From positions 6,996,470 through 7,060,469 of the forward strand of contig OZ316897.1 of assembly GCA_973895155.1 (NCBI GenBank): a DNA stretch of 64,000 bases, in the 5' to 3' direction. The notes under the pieces were generated by a model that saw only the letters and a list, made by a program, of their open reading frames with translations, had not been told where the DNA came from and searched no databases. This DNA comes from Marsupella aquatica (Eukaryota > Plantae > Marchantiophyta). The translations under genes and the position numbers were made by a program. This document shows, piece after piece, positions 32,801-46,003 of the stretch. Every line of letters begins with the position of its first letter. Position 1 is the first letter of the stretch.

Positions 32801-33660
32801 GGTCGAACTCCGCTTGAGTAAGCCGCTGGCTGCCCTTCAGCCTAAAGAACTTTGTGGGGACTTCAAGAATTGCCTCTGCTACCGATCTAAGCCCTTCTTC
32901 GCTGAGATATAGCTCGGTGATGTAGTCCCGCAACTCGTTGTAGCTGGAATCCTTGGTGATGGCCGTCTTCTCGCAGTTAACGTGCGCTACCTTGGCCACC
33001 AACTTTGCGTACCTTCTTTCGTAAGCGGCTTTCTCGGGACAAGAGTACTAGTAAGTCTAGGAGAACTTAGCACCTACCTCGCCAAACAAGGTCCAGAATC
33101 CCAAGGCTGTAAGGATCATACTAACCTTTGTAGTCTAGTTTGTCGAGTCCGCGTTCCCGCTGTTTGGTCCGCTTACTGGTGGAGGCCTTCCTCGCCCTAA
33201 CTAAATCTTGCCACACCCTGCTCTTATCCCTCGATGATCTCCTTGTAAAGGTCAGCTTGATTCGAGCAAGAAGGCAAGAGAATGGCAGCGTCCGTGAATT
33301 CTGAAAGGTAGAAATGAGCAAATGGCCCGCAACGCCATTGACTCCGCTCTTATGGAGGTGCCAGGGTGAACTCCGAGCGTGAGTGGGCAAGGTCGTTGAT
33401 GATGAGCTAAAGTCGGCGTCTCGGTCCAAGCGTGATTCTTCTAACGGATTTTACTCCGCCGCCGCCACCGTACCGCGGTCGAGCGTAATAACTCTCTGCC
33501 TTAATTTGTAACCATCCGATCCACTAACCTACTTCTAATCTATTCATAATGGCAAAGACGGCTATTCATGCTATTCTATGCTACGGCTACGGTCCTAATG
33601 ACCGTATAAGACCTAATCTACGACCTGCGTTCGGTTAAGTGACACGTTACCCGTGTCACA
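29819..33660 (-). repeat. Family-2 5' LTR (3,842 bp)
   Basis: Direct repeat of 19803-23655; bounded by the TSD. Confidence 0.95.
30806..33429 (-). pseudogene. LTR-embedded accessory ORF, family 2 (5' LTR copy)
   Basis: Fragments 33121-33429, 32616-33002, 31498-32157 and 30806-31384 match the 3' LTR copy. Several lesions differ between the two copies. Confidence 0.78.
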
Positions 33661-36051
33661 TGCACCCTCCTTTCAGTATCTTCCCTCTTCCCAACTACAT
33701 CCCTCGTGTTCTCTCTATCACCCTCCCTCCTTACCACCTCTCTCCTGGCTTCCCTGTCTTTTTCCCTCCTCCTACGCTCATTTACCTCAATACCGGCTCT
33801 CTCAACGAGACCCCAATCCGCTGGTCCTTCCACCCAAGTGGGTTTTAATAAATCCATGGCATTCTCTAGCTCGTCTCTAAGCTGCTCCCCTGCTGCTCTA
33901 AAAAATAGCTCTGACTTTTGGAGCTCAATAATTCTCACATCATGCCATGGGAGCTGGCTCATCCTTTGAGTGAACTCTCAAAGTAATTGTTGCAGCTCAA
34001 GTCTCTTCTTTCTCTCGTTAACCCAATCCTGGAAGGAAGTGTGAGTTTCTCGACTCGAATCCTCCAACTGAAATTCTTCTTTGATCCGTCGCTCAAAATC
34101 CCTCCAGTTTCTATCCTCAACTGACCTATCAACCAAAACCTGAACTGACCCCTTTAAACTCATCTCCACAACTGTGACAAACTTCTAGATTGCCACAACC
34201 TCATCCACCATTTGTATCTCGACTTGCGTCTTATACTCTTCTAAATACAGGGTAACATCTCGCCCATCAAACTTGCCTCTATTCGTAAGTATCGCCTGAA
34301 AGCATCTCGATGCCCTCATCTCTTGGTCTCTCTCTCTCCTCTCCACTGCTTCCCTCTCTCTCCTAACTGCATCCTCTCTCTTCATTAGCTGCATGGCAGC
34401 TGCCATCATCCTAATCATATCCACAGTCTCCTCTATCTGAAAGCTTCAGAAAAACTCTCTATAGTAGGATTTGTGTCTAAATCCATGCACAAGCCGATAA
34501 CCCTCGAACTATGGTTTCAGTCCCTCTTCCCTTGAATGTTTGGTCACAACAAGTCAGTTGTTTCCAACCACCCACAGCTAATCAGCCTCTCAGCTCCTTG
34601 AGCTGCTACTGTCGAACTGCCCCTCAAGAGGTTAAGAACCCTAGTTCACCCTCAATCAGTCAATCAATCAATCATTCATTCAATCAATTATTCATCTTAG
34701 TCAACCCTAATTATCTATTCTCATTACTAATTCCCTCAACCCATGGCTGCCCTTCTGCTTGCCTCCCTCAAGCTCTCAACCCTAAACAAACCTATGGCCC
34801 TCACTGGTTTCTCCCCTTGCTTTTCTCTATCTTGTGCCCTATTCTCATTTTCCCTATCTAGATTCGTCACCCTTGGGTCTCTATTCTCTTCATGATCAAC
34901 AGGTATTAATGGCTTTCCCATACACTAATCGCATGTCCCTAAAACTAATGATTTGCGAGTTCCCCAATATGGTCGCCACTCTTGTCCGGGGACCAGTTTA
35001 AAGCGGTGTGAAAATGAAATTTCTATGTTTTTAGGGACTTGGCCATAACATCTTAGTTTCATAAGTTGTTTCAATTCCACTTAACCCTATTCAGTTTTCA
35101 TTTTTAAAGCCAAATTACACTAAGTCATTCTTTTTTAAAACATTATGCCATCGCTTTCTTTCATTTTTACAATTCGTTGCATTCATGATCACACTCATAC
35201 ATAACTTTCATCTAACTTCAACTCATCATTTCCACCACAACAACTCATCATTTCCACCACAACAAAATAGTCCAAATTCATCATTTGTTTCTTTTTATTC
35301 TTAAAAGAAGAAGTTTTGGTTCGGGGTTACAAAATGTTTTCTTTGGTTGCTCATCCTCTAGCTCAGGTCTCCATGCTAAATTCAGTTCAGGTCAATAGGT
35401 CAGGTCTCGGTTTCAAACTCGTCAATGGTTTCCCCCAGGCACTTTGAACACAACTTCAGTCTCCGGCGAGCTTCCTTCATGTCCTCATTCTTCTTGCACT
35501 CTTCCTCTTGTCCTTTCTTCCTCCTCTCCTCAAGCTTCCAGTCCCACAACAAAAAAACCCTACGGCCGGAAATCTCAAACCCCATGGCAGCGGACAGTCC
35601 CTAATCTAAAAATGGACCCAATCACCGGGTTCCACTCATCGAATGACGACAATTTTATTATTTGAAACTCACTACAAAAGCTCCACAACATCAAGTCCAT
35701 AGTGGTCTGGGTGATCCATAACTCTAGCTGAAATTTCTTAATTAATTCCATAAATGGCTCATTTCTCCTCTTTGTAGCACCCTATAGTCTCTTTCAGGTT
35801 CAAAATTCATGTTTTTACTTCTCAAACGGATCCGTGGCTCATCCCCATTGAACTCATCATCTCTGATCCGTCCTCATCAGTTGAAGCTTCACAAAGGTCC
35901 TTCGTCTTCATCTTTTCAGTATTCAGTTACCTTACATTCTTATTGCCTGCCTTATCAAAATGTCCACGCCAAATCTTTTGACAGAGCCCCTTCTTTTTTG
36001 CTTCACTAAAATCCGTGTTCCTTAGGGTAAATTGATTGTCAGCTCACAAGA

Positions 36052-38313
36052 TGTCACGCGATGGACATAGGTCTTAACACCAAAAACGTCACTATGGGTG
36101 CCAAAACTATCTCCTTGTACCTGAGGATCACGAAGGGATGTTGTGAAGGCCGGTAAACACCAGTTTATGCCCTTAACACCAGACTATCATAACAAGACTC
36201 CGTCACACATCACCCAAGCTCAATCCCTAAGAACCAAGGTTGGGAATCAGATCTGCGCTCATGATAGTTCTGGTGAGAAGGGGTCTTCATATCGGGCCCG
36301 TACACACAGGGCCTAGCGCTACGATGCGCATAGGTCTATACGTATGCTTACTGTCATAGGTATGTTTCTATTCCGTTGCCGGGATGTACCCATAAACCAA
36401 TGACTCCTGACTGATTCCCGGCTTAGGGACTTCTAAGCCATTGCCCCACCACTCTGCCATTCCACTCTCAGCAATCAGAGCTATGATAGTTCTCACCCAG
36501 CCCGCTTCAATGCACCTTGTACACCTCTCAGTGGCGCTGCTAGTCCCATCATACACTCAGATTGCCTCACACACACACACATCCATGAGAGAAATGAGGC
36601 CTGAGAGGAAAACTCAATTAGATTCAAAGATGTGCACAATAGTTCACTGAGAACACTTGATCCGAACACTAGGCCCGAAGGCTGTCTCCTCCTGATTGCG
36701 ACGTGCTTGCCCCACAAGCCCCGTGCTTGCCATGCAAGCTCAATCCTGAACCTGAGCCCGACTCACTCCAGATTGCGACGGCAGATTGGACTCGAACCAA
36801 TCCCGTACTTGCATTGCAAACTCAATCCTGAACTCAACCTCCTTCACTGCACTTCATTCTTGGGGACACGTACAGATCTCACACCTCCATTTCAGAATAT
36901 CAAGTTACGCATGCACAGTTCTCGACTTCAAAGCTGGTACCAGGCCTAACGGCGATCTACCCCAGGCTACAATGAGGCCCGGCCTCACGCTTTCCCTGCA
37001 AGCTCAACTCTGGCCATAGATCCCTTAGTGCTCTCCACCAGACAAAGGCCGGGACTCCCCATGGATCACATAGCCTTGTTAGACTGAACTGTAAATGCTC
37101 CTCCTGCTGCCCCTCAATCAGTGTCTCAACCTCCCTAATGTGCTCACCACAAATCAAATTGAAATCTTCCCCACAGTTTACAATCACCAATACATCACCT
37201 ATCACCAAGGCTCTGTATCGGGGGAAAAGAACCCAGTTGTGCTACCCATTAGAAAGAGCCACAATCCAGCTCGCAAACCTAGCAACCCGTTGCTGTGAAG
37301 CTTGGCTGATTACTCCCTGAGTAATAGCACAACCAAGCTCTCCCCAACACGCAGCGTCCAAGTCCAGCCTTGCTTGCATAGAGCTCCTCCCTGCTGCTCA
37401 GTCTAAGTGAGATCACACAACTGAAGTCCCCCCCTGCCTCTATCGGGGGCTGCTCTATATACTCTCATACTGAGCCCAAATGGGTGGATACTACGCTGCT
37501 GGAGCCCCATCCCAGCCCTAACAGAGCCGCCACTATCTCTAACTACTGAACCCTAACTCGCAACTTTATTTCTATCTCGAATTGGCTATGTACTTCAGAT
37601 TCGGCTCTCCTCCATGGTTTTTGCGAGCTTGCGCCTCCTCTCCCGATTTCTCTATTCAACCATTTTCTGCGTGGATAGCAGCGTTGGAAGCGGCTTGAGC
37701 TCCTCTTTCCAACGAGGTCAATTATAGCCGATTTGGTCAAATACACAGAGAGTTATGCCCCCGCAACCGAGAGGGGGTACTCACTGCTGCGCTAACCCAA
37801 GTTACATAGCTAACCCGAGTTTGGCTAACCTAGCTATCCTATCTAACCCGAGTAGAGCTAACCCGTGGTCTCGGGTTAGGCCGCTACCCGCTATCCGCTA
37901 ACCTAGCCTAAGCTGAGCCCGAATCCGAGCTTACCTATGCTAACCTGAGGCCGCGCTGACCTGAGCTAAGCTGAAGCCGTGCTGACCTGAGCTAAGCTGA
38001 AGCCGTTCTTACCTGAGATAAGCTGAAGCCATGCTTACCTAAGCTAAGCTGAAGCCGTGCTTACCTAAGCTAAGCTGAAGCCGTGCTGACCTGAGCTAAG
38101 CTGAAGCCGTGCTCACATAAGCTAAGCCGTGGTCGAGCTTGGGTTAACCCGAAACTGAAGCCGAATTCGCTAATTCCGGCCACAAGTTAACCCGTCATAC
38201 TAATCAGGCCGTATCTTTCTTAATACACCTCCGTTTCTCAAGTGTTTTATATCGATTTTACTCGCCTTGACCAGATCTTTCCAATGCTCTTTACAAATCC
38301 GGATTTGGTGACA
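36052..38313. mobile_element. Probable solo-LTR-like insertion within the family-3 LTR
   Basis: TGTCAC...GTGACA inverted ends, compositional shift, no counterpart in the other family-3 LTR. No TSD found, so boundaries are uncertain. Confidence 0.4.
37955..38130. repeat. 26-bp minisatellite, about 6.5 copies
   Basis: GCTGACCTGAGCTAAGCTGAAGCCGT units. Confidence 0.9.
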
Positions 38314-39958
38314 TATTGAAAGAGATATGGTCGTCGACCACCCGCGACATAGCTTTTATTTCCCTACTCTTAACGCCATGATTGCCCTTATTCTTGCCAT
38401 CTTGCTAATTGTTATGCAATATCAATAGCTACTCCTTGCATACAGCAACCTACTTAATCAGATTACAAAATAAGGACCATGTCATTGGCGTCACACAAGA
38501 CTTCTCCAGGGTTTCTTTTCTTGATCGCAACAAAGATAATTCCTTTAGCATTCGTCAAGTCAGTCTCCTCACGTTTCCAATTTGTTCGATCACTTTCCTC
38601 TCCCAATCTCAACTTCTGTCCTAAACACTAAAATAACATTTCCTTGTCTGCTTTAAGTACTTCTCGAAGTTCCTTCTTCACCAGTCTCAATGATCGGGCA
38701 TTCGCCCCTTACTCCTTCACTCCCAAAATCCCACGAATAATTTCTTTAAAAAATGACAACATTCGACTGCTTTATTCTCATCTTCTTCAAACCTCCATTG
38801 CGTGCAACAGCCTTCACTCTAGAGTTCCTAAAAAAACTCATCCCTGCCACGACCATTCTTCTCCGCTCCTTGGTTCACCCGATCGCTTCCTCATTTGCCA
38901 TAGCCTCTCTCCTTTCAATCATTCCCTTTCTCCTCTTCTCATCTCGTATTTATCCCGTTCCAATTGACTCATGAATCTTGTCCACTCCAGCGCTGTTCCT
39001 CCCCACCGTCAAATTTCTCTCTCACCCCACCTCACCTCCGCATTGCCTAATAACTTGTCACAACACTCATCGTCCTATTCGTGGGCCGCCCCGCTGCTTC
39101 GTCCACATAATCAATCCTTCTCCAGTCTCCGCTCTCCTTTCCAAAAACTCACAAAGCTCCACACACACACAATCGCCCAGCATCACGGTCTTGTTGACTC
39201 TGCCATCAATCACCCGGAATCATAATTCTCACGGCATTTGCGATCTCCAAGCTCCGAATTCTCTCTTGGATCCCAGCCTCCTTTTTCTTGCTCACCTCCT
39301 TGTTCACCAAAAGACCCAAAAAAATTCAGCAACCACCCACAACTCACATACTTTGTCGACCATTTTCCTCCTTCCTATCAACTTCTCACGAAATCCTCTC
39401 TAACTTCCTCGCATCGATTTGAAAACTGCCCTTATGAACCGGACGCTCTCAGCTCACCACGTGTCAGTAGGAGAAAAATTCCTTCCAAAAGCCTCAAAAC
39501 CAAGGCTATTTCTTTTCTCCTCTATTCCTCTTTTGTCTTATTGTACGTCTTTCAACTTCAACTTGGCTTTGTTCTTTCTCTTCTCAACCAGAGATCTAAT
39601 TCATCACAAGCTGAACTTAAAACAAGTCGACCTCGATTCAGCCTACACAACTTCATTCGTCAAATATTTTCCCCGACGACATCGGTACCTTAGCCCATGA
39701 CCTGGTCCAAAAGTTTAGTCGGGACCTGTCAAGGGAACTAGCGGAGTATATCGGCCAACAGGTTGCTCATTACTTCCAATTGACCTTCTTCATGTTAGAT
39801 CATCGGCTTATGACTTGCTTGGAGGATGAACTTATGGCCAAGGGAACAGAGATCGGGCCCTCCAAATGATTGTGGAGCGCCTGGAGACAGTAGCCACCAC
39901 CGACCAAGGGGATTTAGTTTGTGTCTCAGACCAACAGGACAGACTTACCCAAGAGCTA

Positions 39959-41249
39959 CACTCTTTACAATATTTAGTGTCACGAAACAATTAGTGTCAC
40001 CCGCACTAATTAGGGGTAGCTCTTGATTTTCAGCCAAGTGACACTATTTAACGCCACCCTTAATTTTTAAAAATAAATTAATATATTAAAAAATATTGAT
40101 AATTAGAGGTGACAATGTTATTACCCTAAATTTGCTCTCACTCCAAAGTTATCCAAACTACCAATGACATCTATTTGTGTGTATGTTCTTAGAAAGTTTC
40201 TTTGTGTTTTACCTTGTCTGTCTTTGTGAAAGGAGGTTGATAGATTTATAACATGGTGGGAATAGATTGGCCGTCATAGTTAGATTTGCTAGCACAAGGG
40301 AAAGAGAATCAAGACTATGTCAAAATGTCACTGGTAATTAATCTGCATCTTGTTTGGCTTATCCTTGATGCATTTCAAAAAATGATAAATGAAGACCCAA
40401 AAATTATGGGGCTGGGACACGTGGCACATATGGGAAATTGATAAATCCAGGCAAACATTGATTTTTGACATTGGCAAGGGACTTTGTAGTTGAGGTGAAC
40501 AGTTCCATTGACAGACATGACATGTCTTATGCACAAAATTCAATGATAAACACCGGTTTGTCTCTAAATGTCAATGGTTTATAGTCTGAAAATCAACCTC
40601 AAAATCAACTTACACCTGAGCTTCAAAATATCATAGCGAAGTATCGAGTGAATTTTTAAGGGAGTCAAGTTGGCCTTGACATTGATGCTACTGTTGAAGT
40701 GGCTCCTGATATTGGTGAACCAAGTGAAGAGCCAGCTCAACCCTCTTCTCTTGGGGCTGTACGCCGTCTTGCAAGGATGAGACACAGGGGACAAATTGTA
40801 GGAGATTGAAAAGAATGTTAGTTTGTAGCTTATGTGAGAGAACATCTGCTATTCATAGTTGATCAAAGTGAATCAAACAGATCTTGTTTGCTCAATGTGG
40901 TTCAAGAGTACCCCAAACTGCAAATGTGAGGAGTTATAAATTTCTGAAGTTTGCTCAATGTTTGAGTAGTATATGGAAGGAGTTACAAGTTTCTAAAGTT
41001 TTCTCAATGTTTGAGTAGTAAAATTTGTAAATTGTAATCAAATATTGTTCACATTTTAAAATATTTTATAAGCAAATTTTAACTATTGTCCAATTTTTTT
41101 TTAGACTTTAAGTGTGTGTGACACTATTTGACTTGTGACCACAATTCGTGTCATACTATATTAGTGTCACACACCTTAATTACCGTCACTTACCTCAAAT
41201 ATAACCTCACAGTAATTAGAGTGTGTGAGACTAAATACTGTAAAGAGTG
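39959..41249. mobile_element. Non-autonomous TIR DNA transposon with CACTC...GAGTG ends and TA duplication
   Basis: TIRs of about 25 bp (CACTCTTTACAATATTTAGTGTCAC), repeated subterminal TAGTGTCAC motifs. Removing the element plus one TA restores the host frame TQELLKVQADL. Confidence 0.85.
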
Positions 41250-41753
41250 TACTTAAGGTTCAAGCGGACCTTAAGGGACTAGAGGCTGTTGTCATTCGGT
41301 TTGAGGAGTCCTCGGCTTGGGTTAAATGCCTGGCCAATCTAAACAACCAGTTTGTGCACGCTGCCCAACAGGTGAATATCCTCACCACCAACTGGGATAC
41401 GTGGTTGGCACAGCATCACGCCAACCTCAAAACAATTGGCCTCCTCAACATGGAGGTGGCCCGCCTACAGGCTGAGGTGTACAAAGTATCCAACAAAGTA
41501 GAGGAGGCAGCTCGGGATAACCAGGCCTTGCAAGATTGGGTTACCCTGTTGGTGAGCCAATGGAACGGGGCACGAAATGCCTTTGACCAAGGCGGCTTGA
41601 GGCCCCTACCCAACAAGGGGACAAACCTTGGGCCAGTAGCATAACATGCGCGAGGGGTGGTTAGAGAAGGGGGCAGGCAAGTTGCCGTGTGGGACAGGAG
41701 GGACACAGTGGCATCTTTTGGGTTAACCATAGCGAAAAAATAGTTGTCATTAG

Positions 41754-42040
41754 CTCGGGGTGTTGACTATCAAAAATCTTAGGAACCACGTGCGATCCAA
41801 AATAGGTATTTTTGACAGATTTTAACTAAATTTTTAAAAAGCGTAGGAGGCAAAAGAAGGTATTATAAACTTGTGTTTATAGAATATTCTTTAATATATA
41901 CCCTTTATAAAGTAAAATAGGTTATTAATATTGAAAATAGAGAATATTCTTGGAATATTTTCTTTATAAAATAGGTCTATTTATATTAGGCTAGGATTGC
42001 ACGTGGTACCCCAAAATATACACTTAGTTAACCCCCCGAG
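41754..42040. mobile_element. hAT-type MITE (287 bp), second copy, inverted
   Basis: CTCGGGG...CCCCGAG ends, 8-bp TSD GTCATTAG, near-identical to the reverse complement of 24064-24350. Confidence 0.92.
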
Positions 42041-43159
42041 GTCATTAGGCATCGATTAGCAACGTAGTAGATAGGATTAGGACAAATCCAATTAGGACAA
42101 TCAGACATAGGATAGGTGTCAATCAACATGTTATGAGTGATTGATAGTAAGACCTAGGGATTAGTATCGCAGTCAATTGCCCTAGCCTACTGATAGTCAA
42201 CTGAGTCAATAAGCTAATGGTCAACTGTGTAGGTAGGTATTTAGTCAAGGATTTTGGGGGGGAGGTAGCATCTCCCTTGACCCTCTGGCAAGTAGTATTA
42301 AAGACCCCCCCTTTTGCTTGGACGGGGGGGGGCTGTTGGTTTATTTTTGGTAAAGCAAGCTTGTATGGTGCATGGGGAGTCCCGGTCTGAGTAGATTAGA
42401 GAGCACTAAGGAGTGAGAGCCAGAGTTGAGCTTGTTGGGCAAGTGCGAGATTGGGTCTCATAGAGACTGGGCATCAATTGCCATTAGGCCTACTAGTCGC
42501 TTAGAAGTTGAGTCAACCATGTACATGCTACTTCTTTATCTGAGTAAACTTGGCCTTTTCCTCTGATCTTTGCGAGTAATCTGAGTATTGAGTATAACTT
42601 GCCTCAGACAAATTTCAAGGGACGTACCGGGTGCAGACTAATGGTTGGGATTGTAAGGAAGTGTATGCTAAATACGTCACGAGTTCTGGTTGTTGGCAAT
42701 GGCTTGAAAGTCCCCAAGCCAAGAGTTAGTCCAAGTCACTAACTGTGGATATGTTCCAACAGTGGAATTCAAACATACCTATGATGTTCATAGATACGTA
42801 AAGATATACATACATAGTCCAACTTAGACTAACTCAAGCCACTACACCCCTCCTTGCCCAAAACCTCACCTTTACTAGTGGGTGTGCGTGCCCCAAAGCA
42901 TTAACCCGAATTTAAGGTCCGGGTTGTTGGTGCAACAATGGCCCAATTGGCAGTTGGCTCTTGGCCCCCGTGCTTATGGGCGCTAACCCTTTGGGTGATA
43001 TGTGATGTGGGCCCAGATGGATTTTTGCCCTGGGTTGTTGCTTGTTGGTGTTGTTTATTGCCTTTATTGAGCTGCTTGTTTCCCCTTTTTTGTGGGGTTC
43101 CACGATATATTTATAAAAGGGAAAACAAATTTCAAGATTCCAAATGATGTTATCCAATT

Positions 43160-43560
43160 GAACCCACCCTTTGACCCAATCTCATAGAGGCTCTCCAAGA
43201 TTCCAATCCAGTGTTGATCCCATCTCAGAGAGGCTCTCCAAGATTCCAACAAGTCTTGGAGAGGTTCTCCAAGATTCCAACCTAGTGTCAAACCAATCTC
43301 GAGGCTCTTCAAGATTTCAACCCAATGTTGATCCCATCTCAGAGAGGCTCTTCAAGATTTTGACAATTCTTGGAGACTTTGTTGACCAATCTTGGAGAGG
43401 CTCTCCAAGATTCCGACCCAATCTCAGAGAGACTCTAAAAGATTCAAACTCAATGTCAAAGGGGCATCCAAGATTGACACAAAATAGGACGTCAATCTTG
43501 GAGAGGAATCCAAGATTGACTTAAAAATGGGGTCAATCTTGGAGAGGTCTCCAAGATTTT
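43160..43560. repeat. Degenerate tandem array of a palindromic TCTTGGAGAG/CTCTCCAAGA motif
   Basis: About ten variants of GAGAGGCTCTCCAAGATT; full palindromes near 43390 and 43537. Confidence 0.75.
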
Positions 43561-43599
43561 CCAAACATATGTTGGTGATTGATATCAAACATTGATAAC

Positions 43600-44102
43600 T
43601 GATGAATGTTGCTCCTCTCCTTCAGAGGAGAACGCACTTGACATGCTTACCAAAGTTTTACCTACCTATAGCTTTAGTCATTGTGTGGATATGATCTATT
43701 AATGTTAGGGCCAAATGGGAGACTATGTAGACATGTTACTTAGTTACATATTATATTGTGTTTCACCTAACTCATTGTGTGAATTGGAGTCAAGGTGGAG
43801 ATTGTTAGGAATTGACTCTAAGTTCCCAGCTTTAGTTAGTTTGCATGGCCTTATTAGGGTTAGTTCGTCCTTGGTTACATTAGGATAAGATCCACTTATT
43901 TAGGCCCACACATCTCAGTCCCCATTGGGGGGTATAGGTTGGAGGCAGAGCATTTTCTTCCTCATTCTTCACATGTACTCTCATATGCTATGGATCCTTC
44001 AGGAATTTCTCCACTAGTGGTGTCTCGTTGGTGTAACATGTGATCAAGTGTAGCTCTCATGTTTTGCATGTGTTGTCCAGTCTGAGATGACAATTTCTAA
44101 CA
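43600..44102 (+). mobile_element. Ty1/copia 3' remnant: RNase H tail, PPT and 300-bp LTR (43803-44102)
   Basis: SEENALDMLTKVLP (ADxLTK motif), PPT AAGGTGGAGA, LTR TGTTAG...CTAACA. Confidence 0.75.
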
Positions 44103-46003
44103 TTCAAGTATTGCTCTAACCAAACCATTAGTAGTTGGCAAGGTTCCCTTATAGAGGAAGCTTTTTTGGGAAAAAAACTTTGTTGCGTGAGAATGTACCT
44201 AAGGCTAATACAAACAATCCTGTCAAGCTGATTTTGTGAATGTAACTTCTAACGGTAATGTGAGTGTTGTGTTGGTGGATACATGGGCAGGCAGCTGCGG
44301 ATCTAGGGGCAGACATCAATGTGCTTTTACAACCGTTAGTATGCAATTCACCAACGACACTAAAGGGATAGTGTCAAGAGTGGTACATAGACTTTGAGTG
44401 AAGTTCATAGGCGAGAAACAAAACTTTGGTTAGTCAAGAGATGTTCAATGTCTTAGAGAGTTTAGCCGAAGACTTCAATTTATTAATAGGCTATCTTAAG
44501 AAGTACAATGTTACCTTGAAACCAGGAGAGTAAGTGCTCAATAGTTTTTCAAACAAGGGTGATTAGCCCATCATTGTACACGAAATTACTGAAAATAAAT
44601 AAAGATTTCACAAAGTAAATAAAATATTATGGTTTTTGTCATGTGTTTTGGCAAAACAATGGTGGAAATACTTCAAGGGGGGACATGATTGCTTTTTCTT
44701 TCACCTCCACCTTTCACCTCTTGCAAATAAGTAGAGGGTTGAACAGAAAACTTGTTGTTGTTGTTGTTGGAATAACATTAGCATGTTTAAATCCAATTCT
44801 GATAATGATAAGAACTATAGGGTTCTCAAAACCAAATCTAAGAATATTCTATTTATTTATAAAACTAGGGGTAGAAAATACTTATAATTTTTGTCTCTGA
44901 TTTTTAGGGTATTTCTTACTTTGGAAAATTGGGCATGATATGGGACTCCCCTTGGAGTCAGCCCCCGAGCTACTTAGTGCCCTTTGTTGTTTTTCTATTT
45001 GTAACTTTGAGTACATTCATGAAGAATGCACTTGCAAGATTTGGATAGGCGCTTAAGTGTAGTACCAGATTTTTATGGGCAATACTTGCACCTCAAGCTT
45101 AGCTCTCATTTTTGGGGGCATCTTACTTATGAAGCGCCAACTGTAAGTTAGAGTTGTGGCCTAGGCTTCTAGAGTGAAGTCTCTAGACCGCAATTCCATG
45201 ACTCATCATGTGAATGGGAAAACTTATGACTATGATGTATGTCAAATGATAATCATGTATGCTTTTTGTCATGATTTTTATTTGCATTAAAAAATGTGTT
45301 TGATACCCCAGCATAACATATGTGCATAGAAAAGAGTATAGTATGTTATGAATTATTATTAAAGTGATGACATGCATGATGGTTTTTCTTATCATTCAAA
45401 GAATGTGAGTGAGGTATATATTTTGGTGATATTTTTATTGTACTCCCCTCTATTCAGGTTCAAAGAAGGGCTAGTGGGGGTTAATTATAGCAATCAATCC
45501 ATCCATGTAAACATGAGTGTACTATATATAGTGCCTGGTTTTTGCAATTTTTGCAAAACGTCCTCAAACGAAATTTCCTCCTGTTGAATCTGTCTCCTTC
45601 ACACGGAGACAACGTCGCTGTCCGTCTGTGTACGTTTGTGTATTCGTCGTTGAATAGGAATTGTGTTATTTCACTTCCTTACACTCCACAAACCACAGAA
45701 ATCAGTCTCATTGCCATTTCTCTGTCGTCTGTCGTCTGTCGTCTGTGCCTTCTACTAGTCTTTGTTCTTTTCTTCTCTTCTCACGTCAGTTGGCTGCACT
45801 CTCGCTCTCGTCTATCGTGGCTATTTGGCTTTGGCGCTGATTCGTGTATTGTAGTGTCCTGCTATCTGCACCGCGAGGGTTTGTTATTTGTTTCCCTCCA
45901 CAATTCTATTTCACTAGGGTCTCTTGGCTGGCGGGCTCCAAAGAAAAGCCTCCGGGCGAGGCCAGGAAGAGGAGAACAGGGTGAAACATCTGAGAGTGAA
46001 GGC

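Larger units (their letters stand above)
19803..33660 (-). mobile_element. Family-2 Ty3/Gypsy element, full length but decayed (13.86 kb)
   Basis: TSD TGCAC at 19798-19802 and 33661-33665. LTRs 19803-23655 and 29819-33660. PBS, PPT and gag-pol remnants homologous to family 1. Confidence 0.96.
19189..39681 (-). mobile_element. Family-3 element, 3'-truncated: 5' LTR 34983-39681, PBS 34961-34978, decayed gag split by the family-2 insertion
   Basis: Termini TGTCGTCGGGG...CCCCGGACA on the minus strand. Gag pieces 33666-34424 (KFDGRDVTLYL) and 19227-19802 (CMWCDSKDHTRNDC knuckle) join across the TGCAC TSD. Confidence 0.82.
39682..42937 (+). mobile_element. Old family-2-related LTR (distal part) with decayed coiled-coil ORF, carrying two DNA-transposon insertions
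   Basis: HDLVQKFS and QADLK...LNNQF...LNMEVARLQ match the family-2 LTR ORF. Ends GGTGCAACA like the family-2 LTR. Confidence 0.85.

Noticed and set aside
43160-43560. CRISPR-like array
   Set aside because: Eukaryotic context, degenerate repeats, spacers that are themselves repeated, no cas genes.
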